A stretch of DNA of 64,000 nt from Ardenticatena sp. GTDB taxonomy: Bacteria; Chloroflexota; Anaerolineae; Ardenticatenales; Ardenticatenaceae. A model generated the notes under the pieces. It did no database searches and had not been told where the DNA came from. It saw only the letters and a program-made list of their open reading frames with translations. A program made the position numbers and the translations under genes. Shown in pieces: positions 44,241 to 52,586 of this stretch (its first letter is position 1; the number at the start of each line of letters is the position of its first letter). Where the stretch lies: assembly GCA_015487975.1 (NCBI GenBank), contig WFOS01000076.1, forward strand, positions 11,091 through 75,090. Reading direction: 5' to 3'.

Positions 44241-45575
44241 ATGCCAACATTCGAGGAGATTTGGGCGCTTGTCGAACAAGAGAACGTGCGCTTTGTGCGC
44301 ATGCAATTCACCGACATTGTCGGTCACGTCAAAAACGTGACCATCCCGGTTGAAAAACTGGAAGACGCCGTCACGCACGGGGTCTGGTTCGATGGTTCCT
44401 CCATCGAAGGGTTTGCCCGCATCGCTGAAAGCGACATGTACCTCAAACCCGACCTGAGCACATTTGCCATTCTACCGTGGGAACGCCGCGAACAGGCGAC
44501 CGCCCGTATCATCTGCGATGTCTACACCCCACATGGCGACCCCTTCCCTGGGGACCCTCGCGAGGTGCTTCGTCGTGCCCTGGCCGATGCCGCCAAAATG
44601 GGGTTTGGCTATCAAACCGGCCCTGAACCCGAATTCTTCCTCTTCAAACGCGATGCCAGCGGCCGCCCCATCCTTGAACCGCATGACAGCGCAGGTTATT
44701 TCGACGAAAGCACCGACTTGGGGCTGGACGTGCGCCGTCAGATGGTGAATGCCCTGCAAGCCCTGGGCATCGAGGTCGAAGCCACACACCACGAAGTCGC
44801 CTCTGGTCAGCATGAGATTGACTTTCGCTACGATGATGCCTTACGCACCGCCGACAACGTGGTGACCCTGCGCATTGCCGTCAAAACCATTGCCCAACGC
44901 AATGGGCTGTATGCCTCGTTCATGCCCAAACCCATTTCCGGTATCAATGGAAGCGGCATGCACACGCACCAAAGCCTGGTCTGGCTGGAAACGGGCGAAA
45001 ATGCGTTCGTCGATCCCGAGGGCGAATACGGGTTGAGCGATATCGCCCGCTGGTTCATTGCCGGGCAACTGGCACACGCCCGCGCCCTCAGTGCTGTTGT
45101 TGCCCCCACGGTCAACTCCTACAAGCGGCTTGTGCCTGGCTACGAAGCACCTGTGTATGTGTCATGGGCACGCTTCAATCGCTCGGCGCTCATCCGGGTA
45201 CCGAGCATCAGCGCTGGGCGCTGGCAAAGTACCCGTGTCGAACTCCGCTGCCCCGACCCATCCACGAATCCCTACCTGGCCTTTGCCGTCATGCTCGCCG
45301 CCGGGTTGGATGGTATCCGCCGCAAACTAGAACCACCCCCACCCGCCGAAGAGGACCTGTTCCACCTCGACGCCCGCCGCCTGACACGCCCACTGGAACT
45401 TTTGCCCGGCTCGCTCGCCGAAGCGTTGGATGCACTCGAATCGGATGAAGTGATTGCCTCAGCCCTGGGGCCACATCTGCTCAACCGCTTCATCGAAGCG
45501 AAACGGCGCGAGTGGGATGACTATCGCGCACATGTCTCCACGTGGGAAATCGAGCGCTACTTCGAAATCTTCTAA
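44241..45575 (+). CDS. glnA: Glutamine synthetase type I (alpha subtype, 444 aa)
   Basis: By recall it is co-linear with Bacillus-type GlnA: 'VRFVRMQFTDIVGHVKNV', 'FDGSSIEGFARIAESDMYLKPD', 'GPEPEFFLFK', 'HHEVASGQHEIDF', 'NGSGMHTHQS' and 'NSYKRLVPGYEAP'. Confidence 0.95.
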   Translation: MPTFEEIWALVEQENVRFVRMQFTDIVGHVKNVTIPVEKLEDAVTHGVWFDGSSIEGFARIAESDMYLKPDLSTFAILPWERREQATARIICDVYTPHGDPFPGDPREVLRRALADAAKMGFGYQTGPEPEFFLFKRDASGRPILEPHDSAGYFDESTDLGLDVRRQMVNALQALGIEVEATHHEVASGQHEIDFRYDDALRTADNVVTLRIAVKTIAQRNGLYASFMPKPISGINGSGMHTHQSLVWLETGENAFVDPEGEYGLSDIARWFIAGQLAHARALSAVVAPTVNSYKRLVPGYEAPVYVSWARFNRSALIRVPSISAGRWQSTRVELRCPDPSTNPYLAFAVMLAAGLDGIRRKLEPPPPAEEDLFHLDARRLTRPLELLPGSLAEALDALESDEVIASALGPHLLNRFIEAKRREWDDYRAHVSTWEIERYFEIF

Positions 45576-45583
45576 GGCAAGCA

Positions 45584-45616
45584 AAAACGCGCGTGGTTTC
45601 GAGCCACGCGCGTTTT
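45584..45616. terminator. Bidirectional terminator between the second glnA and rplS
   Basis: 'aaaacgcgcgtgg tttcgag ccacgcgcgtttt'. Confidence 0.85.
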
Positions 45617-45639
45617 GCTGATCGGCGATGATAACTGAA

Positions 45640-46029
45640 CTACTCTTTGTCTTTGCTGATGAAGCGCTGGCGCAAACGAGCTTTCTTGCCCGTAAGATTG
45701 CGCAGGTAGTAGAGTTTCGCGCGGCGCACTTTGGAATGGCGCACCACTTCGATTTTCTCCACACGGGGCGAATAGACAGGGAAAATACGTTCCACCCCCA
45801 CGCCGTGCGAGGCAATGCGGCGCACCGTAATCATGCGGTTCACCCCACGCCCCTTGATGGCAATAATGGTCCCTTGAAAGACCTGCACACGCTCTTTGTT
45901 GCCTTCGACAATGCGCAGGTGGACGCGCACAATATCACCAGGGCGCAAACGGGGCACGTCTTTTTTGGCGGCTAATTGTTCCAACATTTCCGATTCAAGA
46001 GCCTGTACCAGGTCGGCCATTGCTGTCAC
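45640..46029 (-). CDS. rplS: 50S ribosomal protein L19
   Basis: '[37 protein letters not shown]...[29 protein letters not shown]' is the L19 signature. Confidence 0.95.
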   Translation of the reverse strand: MTAMADLVQALESEMLEQLAAKKDVPRLRPGDIVRVHLRIVEGNKERVQVFQGTIIAIKGRGVNRMITVRRIASHGVGVERIFPVYSPRVEKIEVVRHSKVRRAKLYYLRNLTGKKARLRQRFISKDKE

Positions 46030-46053
46030 TCCCTTTGGCTAAATTCACACAGA

Positions 46054-46078
46054 AAAACGCCCTCGGCACGGGCGTTTT
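46054..46078 (-). promoter_or_regulatory. Terminator-like hairpin inside the rplS 5' leader (possible attenuator)
   Basis: The minus strand reads 'aaaacgccc gtgccga gggcgtttt tctgtg'. It lies between the candidate promoter (46103-46131) and the rplS RBS AAAGGGAG. Confidence 0.45.
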
Positions 46079-46102
46079 GTTGTTCTTCAACAGCGGCTCG
46101 GC

Positions 46103-46131
46103 AGTATAACACAACCTCAAAAAGTGAGCAA
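46103..46131 (-). promoter_or_regulatory. Candidate sigma-70 promoter for rplS
   Basis: The minus strand reads TTGCTC-N17-TATACT, with TG at the extended -10 position (TGTTATACT). Confidence 0.5.
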
Positions 46132-46355
46132 ATGCCCAGTCTCGCTCGAATACGCAACGAACCAATCGCCCCCAACATGGCCATCCCCAAAGAGAACATT
46201 CTGGACTTTCCGGCCATTTTGGGTATCCTAACAAAGCAGAGGCTGAAATCATTTGCGAAGGATTGTGAACGCACAATTCTCAGACCTATTTGTTCGCCAA
46301 CTGCATATCACGCAGGACTGGACGACCCGCCTGGCTGACCGCTCCACCACACAAC

Positions 46356-46380
46356 GAGACCGGCGCGCGGGTCTCTTTTT
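46356..46380 (+). terminator. Terminator-like hairpin in the 5' region of the GlmU-like gene
   Basis: 'gagacc ggcgcgcg ggtctc ttttt', 37 nt before ATG 46417. It is flanked by the direct repeat CCACCACACA (46344-46353 and 46389-46398). Confidence 0.45.
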
Positions 46381-46416
46381 GTTGCCTGCCACCACACACG
46401 AAAGGACACTGCATCT

Positions 46417-47421
46417 ATGAAACTCGCCGCGATTCTTCTCGCTGCTGGCCAAGGCACACGCATGAAATCTCGCCTCCCCAAAGTGCTGCATCCCGTGGCC
46501 GGGCGCACCATGATCGAAGAAGTGATCGAAACCGCGCGTGCGCTCAATCCCGCGGAACTTGTACTGGTTGTGGGGCATGGGGCTGAACAAGTGCGTGCCG
46601 CTGTCGGAGAAGATGTGCGCTATGCCCTGCAAGCCCGCCAGCTCGGCACGGGGCATGCTGTCGCCCAAGCGCGTTCATTGGTCGAAGGACACGCCGATAC
46701 CGTGCTGGTGCTCTACGGCGACACGCCACTCATTCGCCCCGATACCTTGCGCACTTTGTTGGCACACCATGCCGCAACCAATGCTGCGGTCACGCTGCTC
46801 ACGTTCGAACCATCCGACCCCACAGGCTACGGGCGTATCGTGCGCGACGCCAACGGGCATGTTGTCGCCATTGTCGAACACAAAGATGCTACCGAGGAAG
46901 AACGCCGTATCCGCGAATGCAACAGTGGCATTCTTGCATTCCGAGCCGATTGGTTATGGGCGCGCCTGGACGATGTGCCACTCAGCCCACAAGGCGAATA
47001 CTATCTGACCGACATGGTCGCGCTGGCTGTGGAAGATGAATTGCCCGTGGCTGCCATCGTCGCCGACGACCCCAACGAAGTCTTAGGGGTCAACGATCGC
47101 GTGCAACTTGCCACTGCAACGCGCATCTTGCTCGACCGCCGACGCGAAGCCCTCATGCGCAGTGGGGTCACACTCGTGCAACCCGAAACGGTCTTCATCG
47201 GGCCACATGTGCGCGTGGGGCGCGATACGCTCATCGAGCCACATGTCCACCTTGACGGGCTGACGATCATTGGCGAAGAAAACTACATCGGGCCATTCAC
47301 GCATCTCTCCAACGTGACCAGCGGGCGCGGCTGCCTGCTCAGCGGCGTGCGTCTCTACAACCGTGATTTGGCCGACGGCGTCAAACTCGTTGGAGAAGAA
47401 AACGGCATTCCCATAGGCTGA
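46417..47421 (+). CDS. GlmU-like sugar-1-phosphate nucleotidyltransferase with a short left-handed beta-helix tail
   Basis: 'AAILLAAGQGTRMKSRLPKVLHPVAGRTMI', 'VLYGDTPLI' and 'EYYLTDMV' form a GlmU-type N-terminal domain. Only about 85 aa of hexapeptide-repeat region follows. Total length is 334 aa. Confidence 0.85.
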   Translation: MKLAAILLAAGQGTRMKSRLPKVLHPVAGRTMIEEVIETARALNPAELVLVVGHGAEQVRAAVGEDVRYALQARQLGTGHAVAQARSLVEGHADTVLVLYGDTPLIRPDTLRTLLAHHAATNAAVTLLTFEPSDPTGYGRIVRDANGHVVAIVEHKDATEEERRIRECNSGILAFRADWLWARLDDVPLSPQGEYYLTDMVALAVEDELPVAAIVADDPNEVLGVNDRVQLATATRILLDRRREALMRSGVTLVQPETVFIGPHVRVGRDTLIEPHVHLDGLTIIGEENYIGPFTHLSNVTSGRGCLLSGVRLYNRDLADGVKLVGEENGIPIG

Positions 47422-47438
47422 AAATCAAATGAAAGGAG

Positions 47439-48803
47439 ATGATGGCATTGGAAGCCGACAGTCGTTCCCCGTTGACACTCTTTATGGTCGTGCTCACACT
47501 CTTGCTCTATGCCTTTGCCACGTATGCCGAAACCGTCTTGCGCATATACCCGCGCAGCCAACTCCTCACCGACAAACACCGCTCACTTGCCACCCATCTG
47601 CGCGACCACCCGTTGCATGCCTCGCTGGCATTTGCCGCTATGCGTCTCTTCCTGTTGACGATCGCCATCGTTGTCCTCGCGCCCATCGCCACACAACAGC
47701 CGTGGTCGCCAGGCATCTTCTTTGGCATCATCATGCTCGTCTTCTTCGTGGTGGGGCACATGCTGCCAGCCACACTCGCGCAACACACCGCCCATAACAG
47801 CATCACCACGTTGCTCTACATCATCCAGGGGGTGCTCTGGCTCAGCACCCCTCTGCTCATGGTGTACGAACGTCTGCTCAACCTGAGCACATCAGCCGAA
47901 CCAAGCCGCGAAACGCAAAGCAACGTACTCAGCGACGATGAAATCCGTATTCTCGCCACATTGGTCGGCGAGACCGAAGCCGTCGAAGGGCTGCCCGAAG
48001 ATGAACGCCGCATGATCGAACGCATTTTCGACCTCGATAAAACCAATGTGCGCGAAGTGATGACGCCGCGTATTCACATTGTGGCGCTTCCCGAAACAGC
48101 CACCCTGGCTGACGCCATGGCGCTCATCCTGGAAGAAGGCCACTCCCGTATCCCGATCTACCGCGAGAGCATCGACAATATCGTGGGCCTGCTCTACGCC
48201 AAAGACCTCTTCAAACCCTTGCAGGCGGGGCACATGCACTGCACCATCGCCGAAAGCGGTATCCTACGCCAGCCGCTTTTCGTGCCCGAAAGCAAAAAAC
48301 TCGACCGCCTGCTGAAAGAAATGCAACAACAGCACATGCACCTGGCAGTTGTCGTGGATGAATACGGCGGCACCGCTGGAATTGCAACCATCGAAGATAT
48401 CATGGAAGAAATCGTAGGCGACATTCAGGACGAATACGACGAAGAACTTCCCGACATCGAACACCTGTCGCCTACCGAACTGCTCTGCCACGCCCATGCC
48501 GACATCGACCACATCAACAGCATTCTCAACATCGATCTACCAACCGACAACAGCGATACAATCGGGGGGCTGCTGTATGCCCTGCTGGGTGACGTACCGC
48601 AATCAGGGCATGAAGAAATCGTCGATGGAGCACGTTTGCGTGTGGTCGAACTGGATGGGCGGCGCATCGCCAAAGTCCACGTACAAAAATTACCGCCCCC
48701 ATCGGTTCCCAAAGAAAGCACCACAACGTCCAACCTTTCCACGCCATCGGAAGAAACACCATCCCAAAGCAGCATGAAGTACAAGTTCGACACATGTGCA
48801 TGA
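47439..48803 (+). CDS. CNNM/HlyC-CorC family transporter-associated protein (DUF21 + CBS pair + CorC_HlyC)
   Basis: Four TM segments. 'ERRMIERIFDLDKTNVREVMTPR', the CBS pair 'HSRIPIYRESIDNIVGLLYAKDL' and 'AVVVDEYGGTAGIATIEDIMEEIVGDIQDEYD'. Confidence 0.9.
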   Translation: MMALEADSRSPLTLFMVVLTLLLYAFATYAETVLRIYPRSQLLTDKHRSLATHLRDHPLHASLAFAAMRLFLLTIAIVVLAPIATQQPWSPGIFFGIIMLVFFVVGHMLPATLAQHTAHNSITTLLYIIQGVLWLSTPLLMVYERLLNLSTSAEPSRETQSNVLSDDEIRILATLVGETEAVEGLPEDERRMIERIFDLDKTNVREVMTPRIHIVALPETATLADAMALILEEGHSRIPIYRESIDNIVGLLYAKDLFKPLQAGHMHCTIAESGILRQPLFVPESKKLDRLLKEMQQQHMHLAVVVDEYGGTAGIATIEDIMEEIVGDIQDEYDEELPDIEHLSPTELLCHAHADIDHINSILNIDLPTDNSDTIGGLLYALLGDVPQSGHEEIVDGARLRVVELDGRRIAKVHVQKLPPPSVPKESTTTSNLSTPSEETPSQSSMKYKFDTCA

Positions 48804-48899
48804 AAAAATTCACATCTTCTCGGGCTTCGCTTGCGCTTTGGATCACCTCATCATTCGATACACTATCGTCGAAGAAGACGACACACAATGGAGTGCACT

Positions 48900-49289
48900 A
48901 TGACCGAACAAGATCTCCATCACTATGCCGTCGAAGCCCGTGAGCGAGCGTATGCCCCCTATTCACACTATGCCGTCGGTGCAGCCGTCGAAACAGAAGA
49001 TGGCACAGTGTTTACTGGATGCAACGTAGAAAACGCCGCCTATCCGCAATGCATATGCGCCGAACGAGTTGCCATTTTCAAAGCCGTCAGCGAAGGCCAC
49101 CGCCGCATACGTCGGCTTCTCCTCGTCACTCAGGATGGCGGAACACCCTGCGGGGGGTGCCGCTCCGTCATGGCGGAATTTGGCACGCCAGAGACGGAAG
49201 TCATCATCGCCACACCAGAGACCATCATCAAGCGCTATCGGCTGGGCGACCTTTTGCTGGATGGCTTCGAGTTTCGCCACGACGCATAA
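48900..49289 (+). CDS. cdd: Cytidine deaminase
   Basis: 'AYAPYSHYAVGAAV...GCNVENAAYPQCICAERVAI' (C/H-A-E) and 'PCGGCRSVMAEF' (PCxxC). The start may instead be ATG 48888. Confidence 0.9.
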   Translation: MTEQDLHHYAVEARERAYAPYSHYAVGAAVETEDGTVFTGCNVENAAYPQCICAERVAIFKAVSEGHRRIRRLLLVTQDGGTPCGGCRSVMAEFGTPETEVIIATPETIIKRYRLGDLLLDGFEFRHDA

Positions 49290-49318
49290 CGTGTCACGGC
49301 ACACGTGGCATCGACACG

Positions 49319-49348
49319 ACGACAGCGTTTCACGCGCTGTCGTTTTTT
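49319..49348 (+). terminator. Intrinsic terminator after cdd
   Basis: 'acgacagcg tttcacg cgctgtcgt ttttt'. Confidence 0.8.
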
Positions 49349-49482
49349 ACATGTGCCACGCATACGATTCACCGTTTCTTGCTTTTCTTGCCGTGAATAG
49401 CCCTTCATGTGGAAAAGAATATAATTTTGCGCGTCCATGCTGGGTTACACAACATATTCTTCTGTAAAATCAAGGAGGCATC

Positions 49483-51429
49483 ATGGCAGTAGTCGAACGG
49501 AAAGAGTTGGCCTGGCGAGTCGGTGGCCCCCAAGGAAGTGGGGTGGACACCGCCGCAAAAATGTTCAGTTATGCCTGCATGTATGGCGGGCTTTTCGTTT
49601 TCGGTCGCCGTGAATACTACTCCAACATCATGGGGCGCCACAGTTTCTACGACGTGCGCGTCTCGCATCGTCGCCTCACCTCGCACCGCGAAACAGTAGA
49701 CCTGCTTGCCACATTCGAAGCTGAATCACTGGCACGCCACGCTGTCAATGTGGTGCCGGGGGGCGCAATCGTGTACAACACCGCCGACGCCGACGTTCCC
49801 TTCGACCGCATCACCTACCTCGACAAGCGCTACGCTGACGACCTTGCTGCCTACCTCGCCGAGCGCGACTTGCCGCCCACAACGGCTGGCCTGCTGGAAG
49901 ACGCCCGCCGCCGTGGGGTGCAGGTTTTTGCCTTCCCCTACGACGAAGTCATGGAACGCCTGGCCGAACAGCGCGGCATCCACAAATCGGTGGCGCAACG
50001 CACGATCAACACCATCGCCGTCGCCATCTCGGTCGCTATGCTCGAATTCGACGAAACCACCGTCGTCAAAGCGCTCGAAAAATCGTTCCCCGGTCGCCAG
50101 AAAATCATCGACCTGAACGTCGCCGCCGCAGAAACCACCTACGACTATGTGCGCAACGAATACGACATCTCGCACTTCATGTTCCGCCTCGACCGCCGCG
50201 AAACCGACGAGCGCTACATCCTCGTCAACGGCAACCAGGCCGGCGCACTGGGGAAACTTGCTGGCGGGCTGACCATGCAAACCTACTACCCCATTAGCCC
50301 CGCCACCGACGAAAGCGTCTATCTGGAAGGGCACAACCACTTCCCCCTGCGCAATGGGGGCGATGGCGCCGCCATCATCGTCCAAACCGAAGACGAGCTC
50401 TCGGCCATCACTATGGCTGCCGGAGCCGCCTTGGCTGGCGCACGCGCCGCCACCGCCACCTCGGGGCCAGGTTTCGCGCTCATGGTCGAGGCGTTGGGCT
50501 GGGTCGGTACGGTCGAAGTTCCTGTCGTCATCACCGACTACCAGCGCGGCAGCCCCAGCACCGGTATGCCCACCCGCACCGAGCAGGGCGACCTGCTCTT
50601 CGCCGTACACGCCGGGCATGGGGAATTTCCGCGCATTGTGCTCGCCTCGGGCGACGTAGAAGAAACGTTTTACGATGCCGCACAAGCGCTCAATTATGCC
50701 GAAAAATACCAGGTGCCCGTCATTCACCTGCTGGACAAAAACCTGGCCAGCAACTCGGTCAGCCTGCCGGCGTTCGACACCAGCAAAGTCAAAATCGAAC
50801 GCGACCTGCGCTACAACCCCGCAGAAAAACAACACGAAGGCACTTTCCCACGCTTCGCCATCACCGAAAGCGGCATCTCTCCGCGCGCGGTGTTGGGGCA
50901 GCCGGGTGGCGAACACTGGGTCACCGGTGGTGAGCACACAGTCTATGGGCGCGTCACCGAAGACGTGACCACCCGCGAACAGCAAATGGAAAAACGCATG
51001 CGCAAGCTGGAAACCATTCGCACCGAACTCTCCGCCGAAGAAAAAGTGAAGGTCTATGGCAACCCCGATACCGCCTTCACCATCATCAGCTGGGGCTCGA
51101 CCAAAGGCAGCATTCTCGAAGCCATCGAGCGGCTGGCCAAAGAGGGCATCGAAGCCCGCTTCATCCAGGTCCGCTTGCTCTATCCCTTCCCCAGCGAAGT
51201 GCTGAGCGACTTGCTCGCCACCGCTCAGCCACTGGTGGATGTGGAGCTGAACTACTCAGGCCAGCTCGCGCGGCTCCTGCGCGAACAAATGGGGCGCGAT
51301 GTCGATCACCTAGTCGTCAAATACAACGGTCGCCCCATCGCTGGGCATACCCTGGCAGATGTGTTGCGCGGCATCGCCAAAGGCGACATCACAGACGCTC
51401 GCTACGTCATTCGCAATCCATTCGAATAA
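49483..51429 (+). CDS. korA: 2-oxoacid:ferredoxin oxidoreductase, alpha subunit (fused gamma-alpha type)
   Basis: 648 aa with an AAGGAGG RBS. N-terminal gamma-like domain 'GGPQGSGVDTAAKMF'. Alpha-domain pattern 'GNQAGALGKLAGGLTMQTYYPISPATDE' and 'ATSGPGFALMVEALG'. Confidence 0.9.
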   Translation: MAVVERKELAWRVGGPQGSGVDTAAKMFSYACMYGGLFVFGRREYYSNIMGRHSFYDVRVSHRRLTSHRETVDLLATFEAESLARHAVNVVPGGAIVYNTADADVPFDRITYLDKRYADDLAAYLAERDLPPTTAGLLEDARRRGVQVFAFPYDEVMERLAEQRGIHKSVAQRTINTIAVAISVAMLEFDETTVVKALEKSFPGRQKIIDLNVAAAETTYDYVRNEYDISHFMFRLDRRETDERYILVNGNQAGALGKLAGGLTMQTYYPISPATDESVYLEGHNHFPLRNGGDGAAIIVQTEDELSAITMAAGAALAGARAATATSGPGFALMVEALGWVGTVEVPVVITDYQRGSPSTGMPTRTEQGDLLFAVHAGHGEFPRIVLASGDVEETFYDAAQALNYAEKYQVPVIHLLDKNLASNSVSLPAFDTSKVKIERDLRYNPAEKQHEGTFPRFAITESGISPRAVLGQPGGEHWVTGGEHTVYGRVTEDVTTREQQMEKRMRKLETIRTELSAEEKVKVYGNPDTAFTIISWGSTKGSILEAIERLAKEGIEARFIQVRLLYPFPSEVLSDLLATAQPLVDVELNYSGQLARLLREQMGRDVDHLVVKYNGRPIAGHTLADVLRGIAKGDITDARYVIRNPFE

Positions 51430-51480
51430 ACCCGACAATCTGGCGGTCATTCTGGCCGAACATGTGAGAGGAGCGAAACC

Positions 51481-52452
51481 ATGACAGTGCAAAACGTGAA
51501 AGTGACACCCAAGCTCTATCGCCCACCCCACCCCGTCGATTGGTGCCCAGGGTGCGGCGACTTCGGGATTCTCTCGTCGTTGCAACGCGCCCTTGCCGGG
51601 CTCGGTCTGCTGCCCCACCAAGTCGCCGTCTTTGGCGGTATCGGTTGCTCGGGGAAAGCCCCGTACTACGTCAGCAGTTATGGCGTGCATACGTTGCACG
51701 GGCGCGTGTTGCCCTACGCACAAGGCGCGAAACTTGCCAACCCCGAACTGACCGTTGTCGCCGTGGGGGGTGACGGCGACGGCTTGGGGATCGGCGCCGC
51801 CCATTTCGTCAATGCCGGTCGCCGCAACATCGACATGACCTACATCCTGTTCAACAATGAAGTCTACGGGCTCACCAAAGGGCAAGCCGCTCCCACCATG
51901 CCGCTTGGTATGCAAACCAAAGCCCTGCCCGAACCCAACATGCAGAACAAAATCAACTCGCTCATGCTGGCATTCACCTCTGGCTTCACGTGGATCGGGC
52001 GTGGCTATGCTTACAACGTCAAACAACTCGTCAAACTCATGCAAGAAGCCATCCAGCATCCGGGGTTGTCCTATCTCGAAGTGCTGCAACCTTGCCCCAC
52101 CTACAACAACATTCACACCAAAGAATGGTTCAATGGGGAAGACCTGGGACACCCGCGTGTCTACGATGTCCAGGAAGAAGGCTACGACCCCATCATCCCC
52201 GAAGACGCCGACGAGGAGATCATCAACGCCAAAATGCTTGCCTTCATGCAGAAAGCCAACGAATGGGGCGACCGCATTCCCACGGGCGTGCTGCTGCAAA
52301 ACCGCGCTATTCCCACCTACGAAGAACGCATCAGCAAGAAGATCCCCACCTATCGCAGCAATCCACCGGCCGTGCGTGACGTACGTGGTGAAGATGGCAC
52401 GTCGCAAGCCGATTTGTCACCCTTCTACGAGGAACTCGCCATCAATTACTGA
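51481..52452 (+). CDS. korB: 2-oxoacid:ferredoxin oxidoreductase, beta subunit (TPP-binding)
   Basis: 'DWCPGCGDFGIL', 'GGIGCSGK' and 'VGGDGDGLGIGAAHFVNAGRRNIDMTYILFNNEVYGLTKGQ'. Confidence 0.92.
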   Translation: MTVQNVKVTPKLYRPPHPVDWCPGCGDFGILSSLQRALAGLGLLPHQVAVFGGIGCSGKAPYYVSSYGVHTLHGRVLPYAQGAKLANPELTVVAVGGDGDGLGIGAAHFVNAGRRNIDMTYILFNNEVYGLTKGQAAPTMPLGMQTKALPEPNMQNKINSLMLAFTSGFTWIGRGYAYNVKQLVKLMQEAIQHPGLSYLEVLQPCPTYNNIHTKEWFNGEDLGHPRVYDVQEEGYDPIIPEDADEEIINAKMLAFMQKANEWGDRIPTGVLLQNRAIPTYEERISKKIPTYRSNPPAVRDVRGEDGTSQADLSPFYEELAINY

Positions 52453-52471
52453 CCGGTACCACGCGCCTACC

Positions 52472-52500
52472 AAAACGGGAGCCTCGTGCTCCCGTTTTTT
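52472..52500 (+). terminator. Intrinsic terminator after korB
   Basis: 'aaaacgggagc ctcgt gctcccgtttttt'. Confidence 0.85.
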
Positions 52501-52586
52501 CTATGCCCCCGTCATCCAATTGCTCATCTTTGCCACTCACATAGAATGGCAGCAACCAATCCATACCAACCGAAGGGGAGCAGGGC

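Noticed and set aside
46030-46416. Possible housekeeping ncRNA (RNase P, tmRNA, SRP or 6S) in the long rplS/glmU-like intergenic region. The prompts were 'GGAAAGTCC' on the minus strand, 'ACAGAAAAACGCC' on the plus strand and '...GCTCCACCA...'.
   Set aside because: The fragments lie on different strands and in the wrong order. No tRNA-like T-arm (GGTTCGA) precedes the CCACCA, and no SRP domain-IV or RNase P P4 partners are present. It is left as an unassigned leader or sRNA candidate.
49726-50985. A 419-aa ORF antisense to korA. Similar long shadow ORFs include 51310..52407(-), 56413..57447(-), 33670..34749(+), 29510..30556(+), 12849..13904(+), 43205..44353(+), 38205..39203(-) and 38225..39223(+).
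   Set aside because: They overlap genes with unambiguous family motifs in another frame or on the other strand. Their translations are Arg/Ala/Gly/His-rich, low-complexity and motif-free. Long antisense ORFs of this kind are an expected artefact of GC-rich coding sequence.
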